Part shown: positions 21,263-30,124 of the stretch, piece after piece
Layout: each line of letters begins with the position of its first letter
Numbering within the stretch: the stretch's first letter is position 1
Source of the DNA: an uncultured Gammaproteobacteria bacterium
GTDB lineage: Bacteria > Pseudomonadota > Gammaproteobacteria > SZUA-229
Direction: 5' to 3'
Length of the DNA: 64,000 nt
Assembly (NCBI GenBank): GCA_942492025.1
Contig: CALODJ010000004.1
Location: 84,226-148,225 of the forward strand
Program-made: the position numbers and the translations under genes
Notes under the pieces: generated by a model
Databases searched by the model: none
Told to the model about the DNA's origin: nothing
What the model saw: only the letters and a program-made list of their open reading frames with translations

Positions 21263-21538
21263 CTATTCCAGGCCGAAGCGCTGCTGTTCCTGGTGAGCGG
21301 TATAGGACTCAACATCCTTGGCTTTTTCGATGGCCCTGATCAGCTGGGGGCGCTCCTGATCCGACATCCCCATGTTGATATAGCGGTCGGCAATCCTGAG
21401 TACTTCTTCCAGATGTTTCATTCGAAAATTATGACTCAATAGACACTTGGCCAGGTTGAACGGGTCGTCATCTTCCTCGCGCATCGTTATCGCTTTTTCA
21501 ATGGCTATTTCGAGTTCTTTTTCAGTTGGTTTGGACAT
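21263..21538 (-). CDS. Small acidic helical protein, function unknown
   Basis: A 91-aa ORF with no motif I recognise. It sits in the correct intergenic context between ggt and a divergent membrane protein. Confidence 0.4.
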   Translation of the reverse strand: MSKPTEKELEIAIEKAITMREEDDDPFNLAKCLLSHNFRMKHLEEVLRIADRYINMGMSDQERPQLIRAIEKAKDVESYTAHQEQQRFGLE

Positions 21539-21701
21539 TGAACAGTGGTCTCAAGATTGCTGAATAAGTGCTACTGTGTCACTGATCTTACACCATTCGC
21601 TGAATGAGGTTGCGCTATTCCAGGTATTACGCTTTGCAGGGGTTTTGAAAGTTCGTCCGATTGATACTATAAGGTATGAATACTGAATAGAGGAAAAATG
21701 A

Positions 21702-22544
21702 GTGGTTTTTGCAGGAATAACACGAAAACAGGCTTTCCTCGCCCATCTCTGGATCAGCGTGGTTATATTTGCGGCAGTATTGTATTTCATTATATTTCAG
21801 TGGTATGCCTCCTATTATTTTCACATCGATGGCGGTTATCGTGGTATCGCCACAATCTTCCTGGTCGATATTGTACTCGGTCCGGGTTTGACGCTGCTGG
21901 TGTTCAGGCCAGGTAAGCCCGGCCTGAAGTTCGATATGAGTGTCATTGTCGCCATTCAGGTTCTCGCGCTGGGCTGGGGAATATGGTGGGTCTATTCCGA
22001 AAGGCCCGCGTTAACTGTCTTCTATGATGGTGAATTTGTATGTATGAAGTATTCAGAAGTCCCTGGAGTTCATCTTCGAAGGCTGGCGCTCAAAGATAAA
22101 GGACCACCCTTGCTGGCAGTGTTGCCGCGGCCCAATACCTATTCAGAGTACCAGAAAATGCTGTCTGAGGCGCTGAGACAAAACAGTGCTTCTATCTATT
22201 TGTTTGGTGAAAAATTTCTGCCAATGGATGTGGTTGGAACGGTTCAGCTTATGAGTTATACGCTCGATGTGGCCAGCAGTTTTTCAGGAGATGATGATCA
22301 GATCCTGAAATACAGAGAAATCTGGAATGAATATATTCAGAACAGTGCTGATTACAAAGATACCTATATGCACTTTCCGCTATCGTGCCGTTACGGCAGG
22401 GTGCTGGCGATGTTTGATCCAGAGATCAGCGAGATTGTTGACTATTTACCGATAGACACTGAACGCGCAATTTCAACAATGCAACTGGGTTTCACTCGGG
22501 ATGAAATCGAGCAGCATAAAAATGATCCCGGCATCGGGCAGTAA
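21702..22544 (+). CDS. Membrane protein (3 N-terminal TM helices plus a ~180-aa soluble domain), function unknown
   Basis: GTG start with AGGA upstream; hydrophobic segments FLAHLWISVVIFAAVLYFIIF, IATIFLVDIVLGPGLTLLVF and VIVAIQVLALGWGIWWVY. An ATG at 21698 is in another frame, so the start or frame is uncertain. Confidence 0.5.
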   Translation: MVFAGITRKQAFLAHLWISVVIFAAVLYFIIFQWYASYYFHIDGGYRGIATIFLVDIVLGPGLTLLVFRPGKPGLKFDMSVIVAIQVLALGWGIWWVYSERPALTVFYDGEFVCMKYSEVPGVHLRRLALKDKGPPLLAVLPRPNTYSEYQKMLSEALRQNSASIYLFGEKFLPMDVVGTVQLMSYTLDVASSFSGDDDQILKYREIWNEYIQNSADYKDTYMHFPLSCRYGRVLAMFDPEISEIVDYLPIDTERAISTMQLGFTRDEIEQHKNDPGIGQ

Positions 22545-22660
22545 TCACCTGCAGCGGAACCGACAGATGAACGCGAACCAACACAGCAGATTGAGCACAA
22601 GCTGACGATTTTAAATGTCTATTTCTATATAGACTGGCAGCTAACAGCTAAAAAGTATTT

Positions 22661-22764
22661 CACCACAGAGTCACAGAGAGCACAGAGAAAAGCAGTGTAT
22701 TATTAACTGCACAACAAACGCAGTTAACCAAGTAAAACTCTGTGTCCTCTGTGACTCTGTGGTG
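22661..22764. mobile_element. 104-bp MITE of the CACCACAGAG family
   Basis: 27-bp terminal inverted repeats CACCACAGAGTCACAGAGAGCACAGAG and CTCTGTGTCCTCTGTGACTCTGTGGTG. It lies between convergent gene ends, and related copies occur at 44665–44820, 55366–55486 and 62281–62297. Confidence 0.6.
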
Positions 22765-22814
22765 AGCAGATATTTTAATTTGTTTTCGGTGTTTCAGGTT
22801 TCGTCGGGTATGGT

Positions 22815-24656
22815 TCAAATCCATTTTTCAAGCGTGTTCTGGAGTTTCTGCAAATTGACGGGTTTGATCACGCGATCATTCATGCCGGCTGACAGGCATT
22901 CTTTTTCACGTTCGGGAAAGGCGTCGGCGGTGAGAGCGATCACGGGTATTTGACTATCTTCTTTACGAATTTCTATGGCGAGTTCATAACCGTCCATGAG
23001 CGGCATATTGCAATCAGTCAGAACCAGCGCGTAGTTATGGGTTCTGAACATGTTGAGTCCTTCTTTGCCATTACTGGCCAGATCGGCTTTATAACCAAGT
23101 GATCTTAATTGATTGGAGATCAGCTTCAGGTTGGACGGATTGTCTTCAACGATAAGTATTTTTGTGGTTTTTGTGGATTCAGTTTTGTCAACATTTCTGA
23201 AAAGGTCGCGCTGACCATGTGATCTTTCATCAGAGATGTTGTTTTGCGAGCGTTCCAGCTCAATCCAGAAGGTGCTGCCTTGTCCTGTTTCACTCTGCAC
23301 ATTGAGTGTCCCATTCATCATCTCGGTCAGTTGTTTTGAGATGGCGAGACCAATACCCGTACCCTCGATTTTCTTGTTATTGGTCTCGATGCGGGTGAAG
23401 GGCTCGAACAGGCTGTGCAGCCTTTCCCGTGGTATACCGAAGCCATTATCCTCAACTACGATGCGGACACGGGTTTCGGAAGCATAATCGCATCTGACAT
23501 TGACCATGCCATTATGATGGTTATACTTGATCGCATTTGACAGAAGATTGAGGATGACCTGTTTGAGGCGGGTATGATCTGCTCTGACGTATTCTGCGCA
23601 ATCGGTAATGAAATCAAGGCGGATGTGGCTTTTATCGGCGAGTGGTTGAATGAGAGCCTTGCATTCCTGCATCACATTCTCCAGCGGCACATTTTCGATC
23701 GAGACCCTGAGGCTGCCCTCTTCTATACTGGAGAGGTCGAGAACCTGATTGACCAGCTCCAGTAAATGTTTTCCCGCTTCGTCGATTTCCTTGATGTTGT
23801 CTTGCTGCTTTGTCGACAATGACCCGTCGTGCCGAAGTAACTGGGTATAGCCAAGAATTCCATTAAGCGGTGTGCGCAGTTCGTGCGACATGTTCGAAAG
23901 AAAAATAGATTTGGCCTCATTGGCGTGTTCGGCTTCATTTTTAGCTTTTCTCAGCGCCTCCTCTCGGATATCCGCTTCGATGCGAAGTCTGATATTTTGA
24001 TTGGAGTTTTTGTAGGCACGCCTGGAGGCTGAGAGCGTGAACAGGATAAAGACTGCGAGCAGATAGGAAACGACATCGAAAAACGCATTATCCTCGAATA
24101 TCAAATGCAGTTCGAGAAGTATCAGTGCGGGCATCAGAAACAGAACAATGGTTTGCCAGCGGTATGATAGCGTAATCAGCGAGCCTCCGGCGACGCCGAC
24201 TATGCAAACCACGATCAGTGTTTGATATTCATTTTCTGTCGAATGGCCCAGCCACGACAGCATACCCCACCAGAAGCCCGAGAATGTTGAACCAAGCAGG
24301 AAACGCAAACCCCATGATTTTTTACTCTGTTCCTCGGGCCTTGTCCTGTTGAATGCATAGCTGTCCCAGCTGCGCAACACAATGGATGCAATCATAACCG
24401 TGAACCAGAATGACAGATGTTCGGGAGACTTGGCGTGGCCGAGCATGACCAGATATATGATCAGGCTCACGGCAAAGACCGCGAGCATGGAAAACAGCAT
24501 GCTGCCGTACAGCATACGGATCTCTTCGAGCTGAACGTGTGATTCCATCGCCTGATCAGGCTGATGATTCAGTGTGTTGTATGATTGCTTCATAATTCCT
24601 TTATGCGGCGCTGCTAAAATGGCGGCATTGCTAATGCCAGCTTGTAGAACAATCAA
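22815..24656 (-). CDS. Hybrid sensor histidine kinase / response regulator with a ~6-TM N-terminal sensor domain
   Basis: HisKA H-box (NMSHELRTPLNGILGY), HATPase N/G boxes (NAIKYN...GTGIGLAIS), and a C-terminal REC domain (ILIVEDNPSNL...TDCNMPLMDGY). There is no periplasmic domain, and no Hpt or partner gene nearby. Confidence 0.85.
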   Translation of the reverse strand: MIVLQAGISNAAILAAPHKGIMKQSYNTLNHQPDQAMESHVQLEEIRMLYGSMLFSMLAVFAVSLIIYLVMLGHAKSPEHLSFWFTVMIASIVLRSWDSYAFNRTRPEEQSKKSWGLRFLLGSTFSGFWWGMLSWLGHSTENEYQTLIVVCIVGVAGGSLITLSYRWQTIVLFLMPALILLELHLIFEDNAFFDVVSYLLAVFILFTLSASRRAYKNSNQNIRLRIEADIREEALRKAKNEAEHANEAKSIFLSNMSHELRTPLNGILGYTQLLRHDGSLSTKQQDNIKEIDEAGKHLLELVNQVLDLSSIEEGSLRVSIENVPLENVMQECKALIQPLADKSHIRLDFITDCAEYVRADHTRLKQVILNLLSNAIKYNHHNGMVNVRCDYASETRVRIVVEDNGFGIPRERLHSLFEPFTRIETNNKKIEGTGIGLAISKQLTEMMNGTLNVQSETGQGSTFWIELERSQNNISDERSHGQRDLFRNVDKTESTKTTKILIVEDNPSNLKLISNQLRSLGYKADLASNGKEGLNMFRTHNYALVLTDCNMPLMDGYELAIEIRKEDSQIPVIALTADAFPEREKECLSAGMNDRVIKPVNLQKLQNTLEKWI

Positions 24657-25149
24657 GGAGGCTCGGATCTATTCAGAGTTTCCTTGCGGCACATGGATGC
24701 GGCGCCATTCTCAATCACATATTTGATTGAGAATGAAGAAAAATAGAAATTGCATTTTTATTTTTGGTGCGCTGACAATTGCTGGATGGAATTATCAGCG
24801 CTTCCTTAAATATATCCTCGTATACGTTACAATGGATCGATACGCAGAATCAAACGATACATTACAATGGCTGACAAAATATGTTGTGATTTCCACACGG
24901 CGGCTTATAGGGTTGCGTCGCCAAAGTTGTGTATTATCAGTGGCGTATGAATTTCCATTATTGTGACTGAATGAAATACGCTCAAACAGGCTGCATATTC
25001 TGTGACAGATGGTTTATGATCCAACTCAGCCAGAATGAGGCTGAACTGCCAGAATGTGGTATTTCCACATGGTATGAAGTTGTCTGTGCCTGCACTATAG
25101 AATGCACAAAAACCCAAATAGGGGTTCTGTCTGATTCCAGAAATATAGC

Positions 25150-25608
25150 TTGAGCACTAAAGTGACCAGCATAGTGACAGAAACTTTTTTCCTGCCTCGT
25201 GAAGTCGAGAGACGTGCGTGGTCAGTACCGGCTGAAATTTATAATCTGGGCAGAGCCTTATTTACCCGGAGTATTACCGAAAATGTCTTCGTGCCGATAC
25301 GAAGCATGCAGTTTCTTGCGGTAGTGGGCAAGGACGAGATCGTTTTTGTCGACAGCCTGTCTTATGCGGTATCGGAAAATGAAGGCGGACGGCTTATTCT
25401 CATCGCGTGGCAATTCAAGGAAACGCGTGATCGCGAAGCACTGACTGACCCCGTGCCCTGCGAAGTGGTGTTCTATGAACGCAAGAGCGATGATGTCCAG
25501 TTGCGACTGGTAGCAGAGTTCAGGAAGGCAATGGAGCTAATGGATCAGCGCTATCGAGACGAACAGATGCCTGCAAAAGGCGCTAAAATTCTCAATTTAC
25601 CTGCATGA
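25150..25608 (+). CDS. Hypothetical protein
   Basis: A 152-aa ORF with a TTG start and no clear Shine-Dalgarno. Alternative starts are GTG 25162 or ATG ~25306. It has no motif I recognise and lies in an island-like segment. Confidence 0.35.
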   Translation: MSTKVTSIVTETFFLPREVERRAWSVPAEIYNLGRALFTRSITENVFVPIRSMQFLAVVGKDEIVFVDSLSYAVSENEGGRLILIAWQFKETRDREALTDPVPCEVVFYERKSDDVQLRLVAEFRKAMELMDQRYRDEQMPAKGAKILNLPA

Positions 25609-25777
25609 CTCGCCTTGTGGCGCATGACCACACGACCAGTAAGCCGTACTCAATCAGCCGGTTATCCCGTGCTGTAAAGTTCTTCAACCGCCTTTTTGGT
25701 GTCGTGACGCAGGTGCTGCGGAAGCGCTGCATCTGATCCAGCCGGCCGGCTCTGCATGCTTGATGGACAGGATTTGC

Positions 25778-26017
25778 CGATCTCGCGTCTCTGGTTAACC
25801 CGCACTTCTCACCAGAATCACGGGAGCAGGCGCAGGATTCGTGTTCGTAAGCGCCGCTCTGGAGCGAAAAGCGTAGCAATAGCTACGGTTTGAGTGAAGA
25901 GCCAGCTTATGGACACGAAGACCAGCCTGAACCGTGATAGGCACGCATGGAAAACACACTGTATTTCTGATCATCCTAGCTTTCTCCTAAGGACCAATGC
26001 CTTATCAGTATCCTACG
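25778..26017 (-). mobile_element. 240-bp IS5-like MITE, copy A, inverted relative to the copy at 55631
   Basis: Terminal inverted repeats CCCGCACTTCTCACCAG and CTGGTGAGAAATGCGGG, flanked by a TTAA direct duplication (25774–25777 and 26018–26021). It is ~90% identical to the 55631–55870 copy. Confidence 0.7.
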
Positions 26018-26262
26018 CCGCCTGGTGAGAAATGCGGGTTAAGTACTGCAGCGCAAGGTTAAGTGCTTGTCACCGGCAGCGCAGGCATTCGAGCCGTTTG
26101 CGCTCAAGCAGGCTGCCCAGTTTATTCGGCTGCCACAGTAATAGACCGGTTTCTACGTTTATTTACATCGGGATATTCAATAACATGCAACACATCACCC
26201 TGGATTTATTTTGCATCTCTGGCTGATTCTTGAGATGATATAGAAAATGTTTTCATAAGGAG

Positions 26263-26466
26263 ATGTCAATTATGTCGGCGAACATTCGTAAGATAGGCAT
26301 CATTACTGCGGATTACAGCGGTCCTAACAGGCGGTATGTCAATGATCGCCGTTTTGCACTCGATCGGAGGGCCACCATCCGTTTTGATGTGAATGGCGGC
26401 GATCGTCGCTCGGGTTTCTCACGGCGCCACACGGATGAGGGCTTGCGCGAACAGGATGAATGCTAA
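26263..26466 (+). CDS. 67-aa Arg-rich small protein with reiterated DRR motifs
   Basis: Strong Shine-Dalgarno (AAGGAG, spacing 7). The product is MSIMSANIRKIGIITADYSGPNRRYVNDRRFALDRRATIRFDVNGGDRRSGFSRRHTDEGLREQDEC. There is no known domain. Confidence 0.4.
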   Translation: MSIMSANIRKIGIITADYSGPNRRYVNDRRFALDRRATIRFDVNGGDRRSGFSRRHTDEGLREQDEC

Positions 26467-26712
26467 CCCGTATCACTCACAAGATGGACGAGCGCTCATT
26501 TGATCTTTAGATCTTGAATCAACAATGAATTTTAATCAGTCGCATATACACGGATATCTCACTCCTTCCTAAGATCCTTGGTGGCTTCAAATCTCTGCGT
26601 GTTCATCTCGCCCCTTTTAGAGAAATGCATGCCAGCCCCCGCGGCGTTGAAGCCGGTTTCTGCACAACACGCTTATCTGACAACCGCTCTTTGTGTATCG
26701 CCTGGGTGATTA

Positions 26713-27348
26713 ATGAGCCTCGAAATAATCTACCAGGATAAACACCTGATTGCGGTCAACAAGCCCTGCGGGATCTTGTCTGTGCCCGGACGCGGCCCGG
26801 ACAAACAGGACTGTGTCGTGACGCGTCTACAACAGATCGAGCCCGACATACGCGTTGTTCATCGCCTTGACTGCCACACATCGGGCGTCATGGTGCTCGC
26901 TGTCGGAATTGTCGCTCAAAGAGAGATGAGCAAGATGTTTCACGATCGCACCATCGGTAAATCCTACGTTGCGCTGGTTGCCGGTAAGGTCGAACAACGC
27001 GTTGGTCTGATCGATCTGCCAGTGCGGGGTGATCCAGACAACCGTCCAACACAGATCATTGATCATACCAGCGGGAAGCCGGCACAGACGCACTGGCGCT
27101 TGCTTCGATATCATCGATTGGCTGGTGGAGGCAGGTTGAGCCGCCTGCAATTGCGGCCAATCACCGGACGCACGCATCAACTGAGGCTGCATTGCCTGGC
27201 CATGGGCCATCCGATCGTGGGTGATACGCTGTATCAGAACTCAAACAGCGTCAAGGCGGAACGCATGATGCTTCATGCCGAGCGGCTTGAGATGATGCAT
27301 CCTGCCAGCCATGTAAAACTGTGCCTGGTGTCCGAGTGCGAGTTCTAA
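26713..27348 (+). CDS. rluA: RluA-family pseudouridine synthase
   Basis: IIYQDKHLIAVNKPCGILSVPGR and the catalytic region VVHRLDCHTSGVMVLA; 211 aa. Confidence 0.8.
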   Translation: MSLEIIYQDKHLIAVNKPCGILSVPGRGPDKQDCVVTRLQQIEPDIRVVHRLDCHTSGVMVLAVGIVAQREMSKMFHDRTIGKSYVALVAGKVEQRVGLIDLPVRGDPDNRPTQIIDHTSGKPAQTHWRLLRYHRLAGGGRLSRLQLRPITGRTHQLRLHCLAMGHPIVGDTLYQNSNSVKAERMMLHAERLEMMHPASHVKLCLVSECEF

Positions 27349-27460
27349 CCGATGGGTGAAAAAAGACCAGGAGATTATTAAAGACAATGTTGGCCGCAAA
27401 CTCGCAAAAAGACTTGAGAATCCGTCCGTTCATAGCCCGGGCCGACAAAGGCGCCAGGAT

Positions 27461-28126
27461 TCAATTCCAGGCAGACACCACATTTTGATGAAACAGCTGC
27501 CCCTGAAAATTGAAAATTGCCCCCTTGGGTGTAATCTCGCTCAGTGTCAAATCAGATGCGAGCTGGTCGCCTTCCTCCATGAAGCGGCCATTGATGACGA
27601 TGCTGCGATGCAGTGGGTTGCTGGAGTAGACGTGAGCTGAAAACTCCATGATTGGAATGTGCTGCTGGACAGAGGTAGGCAGCTCATCTCTTTGCAGCAT
27701 TGCCGATTGAGCAGGCGTATACGCAGTGGGTGCCGTATCTGTGATCTCATATGTTGGTCTGACAGCTGCCTGCGTGACAGCGGGCATCGACACCGGTTTG
27801 TATATGATTTCATTGGCAGGTTCTTGCACGATTGATGCGGTATCCTGTGTTTTGGCGGGCGCTTCCGGTATTTCCGCATGCCTTGGTTCTATCCGTGCAA
27901 GCGACTGCTGGGTGGGTGCTGGCTGCTCCACGCGTGTGTCGGCAGTAATGAAATATAGCAATGCTGCAATATTAACGAAAACGGCAACGAGCAGAATATA
28001 AGGCCAGTAGTGCGTCTTTGTGGCAGGGTAGTTCTGTCCTGTGGTGTGGAGTGTCTGGACTGAGGGCGCATTCCCGCGTCCGCGTTCTTGCTCAGATTTA
28101 TTGAGGGCATCGAGGATGTACGACAT
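27461..28126 (-). CDS. gspB: GspB/ExeB-like protein, partner of GspA
   Basis: The N-terminus MSYILDALNKSEQERGR is typical of GspB/ExeB, with a single TM helix (YWPYILLVAVFVNIAALLYFI). It is translationally coupled to gspA (ATGA overlap). Confidence 0.6.
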   Translation of the reverse strand: MSYILDALNKSEQERGRGNAPSVQTLHTTGQNYPATKTHYWPYILLVAVFVNIAALLYFITADTRVEQPAPTQQSLARIEPRHAEIPEAPAKTQDTASIVQEPANEIIYKPVSMPAVTQAAVRPTYEITDTAPTAYTPAQSAMLQRDELPTSVQQHIPIMEFSAHVYSSNPLHRSIVINGRFMEEGDQLASDLTLSEITPKGAIFNFQGQLFHQNVVSAWN

Positions 28127-29967
28127 CAGCCTTTCCTGGTGTTCAACATCGGGGTATTCACGTCAAGCTCCGAGTTCAATAAAATGAAAGTGTGTGGTCC
28201 AACGACACCATCAGGGATCAGCCCTTTGCTTTGCTGGAACTTTATGATCTGGGATCTTAATTCTTCATTGTACGTATCATGAATCGTGGGCACGTGGTCC
28301 TGTCCGTAGATTCGCACCAGCTGCTGGTCCAGCCATTGCACCAGAGGCCCCTGGTTACCTGGCTGAATTGCCGCACGGTAGTAGGGGGGTTTTTGCCAGA
28401 GCAGGGTATATTCGCCCAGCCAGTATCGATTAAGTACGCCTGTTGAAACGTTTATGGTTTTGTCGCCTCGGCGCAATGCTGCTTCATCATCATTCAGGTG
28501 GGTCAGAACGGCATAGGCAGCATTGTGTTTTTCATCATAAAGTTTGAGAACGGCTGGTCGGTTGAGGATTGCCAGACTGCGCAGGTTACCCTGTCGATGC
28601 AAACAGCTCAGGCCGTCGAGTTTTGCAAAAGAGCAGGCAGTCCCGTCGGTGGAGGGATCGTATTCCCTGTTCCAGACATCCAGCAGGTCGGTGTAAGCTT
28701 GTATCTTGCTTGTACTGGTATCGGAGAATACCAGATCATAAAATGCTGACGCAGTTTGAGCTGCGGTACTCGCGCCGCTGTTGGTCAATGCAATTGCGGT
28801 TTCCTCTGCGATCTCGGTGCGGATGGTATCTCTGGCAACTGATTCTTCTTCACCAGCAGGAATAAACATTTCCTTTTCAGCAGCAGGAATGAACATCTCC
28901 TTTTCAACAGGAGGGATAGACGTTTCCTCTTCACTGGCAGGAATCAACGCTTCCGTGGCAGTCGACTCCTGTTTCATTGCGACGATGCTGGCTGTCGAAC
29001 TCGCGCCTTGCGGTTCCGCCTGGCTGCGCACATGCGTTACCGATGATTTCAATGTGTTCGGCTGAATCAATGCAAACGTAACCGCAGCGACGGCAGCGAT
29101 GCCGGCAACCACCGTGATGACTGCGGGCCAGCGCGATGATCTGCGCTTGTTCTGTTGCTGTTCTCCAAAAACCTCCCTGGCGGCATTGTTCAGGGTAGGC
29201 AGATCAACGCGGGCCTTGTTCTCTACATAAGCACCCAACAGCGCGCGGTCACAGATAATATTGATAATACGCGGAATGCCCTTGCTGAGCTGATAGAGTT
29301 TTTTTTGTGCTTTTTCGTCGAATAACTGGATATTGGAACCGGCAACCGCCAGTCTGTGGCTGATATAGGCTTTCAGTTCAAAGCGGGATAGCGGTTTCAG
29401 GTGAAACCGGGCAGTGATGCGTTGCGCGAGCTGGCGCATGTTCTCGTGTGACAGTATCTCCAGTAATTCAGGCTGTCCCAGGATAATGATCTGCAGCAAT
29501 TTACGTTGGTTGGTTTCAAGATTGGTCAACAGGCGTAGTTGCTCCAGCACCGTATGGTCCATATTTTGCGCTTCATCGATGATCAACACGGTTTTCTGGC
29601 CGGCAGCATTGGCTTGTAATAAAAAGGCATTGATGCGGTCAATGTAGGTCTTGACGCTATTTTCGCCTTGTGGATAGTCTATACCGAGTTCATCGCAGAT
29701 GGTTTCGAGCAATTCGGTCGCGGTCACTTTGGGATTGAAAACCAGGGCGATGTTCGACCGCTCCGGGATTTGCTCCAGTAGACAACGGCACACCGTTGTT
29801 TTACCGGTACCCACTTCACCTGTCAGCAGTATGCAACCGCCTTCACTGTTGAGGCCATAGACGAGATGAGCCAGAGCTTCCCGATGCTGCTCTGTCATGA
29901 ACAGGTATCTTGGATCAGGAGCGATTGAGAAGGGTGATTCTTTGAAACCGAAATACGTGTTGTACAT
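28126..29967 (-). CDS. gspA: GspA/ExeA-like AAA ATPase with a C-terminal peptidoglycan-binding domain
   Basis: Walker A LLTGEVGTGKTT and Walker B VLIIDEAQNM, a TM helix (WPAVITVVAGIAAVAAVTFAL), and a C-terminal PG_binding_1-like segment (LRSQIIKFQQSKGLIPDGVVGPHT); 613 aa. Confidence 0.8.
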   Translation of the reverse strand: MYNTYFGFKESPFSIAPDPRYLFMTEQHREALAHLVYGLNSEGGCILLTGEVGTGKTTVCRCLLEQIPERSNIALVFNPKVTATELLETICDELGIDYPQGENSVKTYIDRINAFLLQANAAGQKTVLIIDEAQNMDHTVLEQLRLLTNLETNQRKLLQIIILGQPELLEILSHENMRQLAQRITARFHLKPLSRFELKAYISHRLAVAGSNIQLFDEKAQKKLYQLSKGIPRIINIICDRALLGAYVENKARVDLPTLNNAAREVFGEQQQNKRRSSRWPAVITVVAGIAAVAAVTFALIQPNTLKSSVTHVRSQAEPQGASSTASIVAMKQESTATEALIPASEEETSIPPVEKEMFIPAAEKEMFIPAGEEESVARDTIRTEIAEETAIALTNSGASTAAQTASAFYDLVFSDTSTSKIQAYTDLLDVWNREYDPSTDGTACSFAKLDGLSCLHRQGNLRSLAILNRPAVLKLYDEKHNAAYAVLTHLNDDEAALRRGDKTINVSTGVLNRYWLGEYTLLWQKPPYYRAAIQPGNQGPLVQWLDQQLVRIYGQDHVPTIHDTYNEELRSQIIKFQQSKGLIPDGVVGPHTFILLNSELDVNTPMLNTRKG

Positions 29968-30124
29968 ACTTTATTGCTGCAGCAAATAGATATTCGTGCC
30001 AACTATAGCGTTTTAGCGATGTAAATGCAGTATTTTCCGGCGTCTCAATGGATTGCGTTCGAGACATCATCACAGCTTCCTGTCATAGACCCAAAACCAT
30101 TGCCATAGTATAAGTTATTGATTA

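Noticed and set aside
21698-21916. 72-aa ORF starting at ATG 21698, overlapping the 280-aa membrane-protein frame
   Set aside because: The longer frame encodes coherent TM helices. The ATG frame may only indicate that the true start or frame is uncertain, which I noted in the feature.
25150-25608. PilZ-like (c-di-GMP-binding) assignment for the 152-aa protein
   Set aside because: It has an R-x3-RR stretch and a later D-S-x…GG segment, but the spacing and residues do not fit the RxxxR / DxSxxG PilZ signature. It is left as hypothetical.
25592-25879. ORF MLRFSLQSGAYEHESCACSRD… (95 aa), which recurs as the 86-aa ORF at 55790..56050
   Set aside because: Both lie entirely inside copies of the same 240-bp MITE. 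The shared peptide reflects nucleotide repeat identity, not a conserved gene. There is no ribosome-binding site, and the reading frames diverge outside the repeat.
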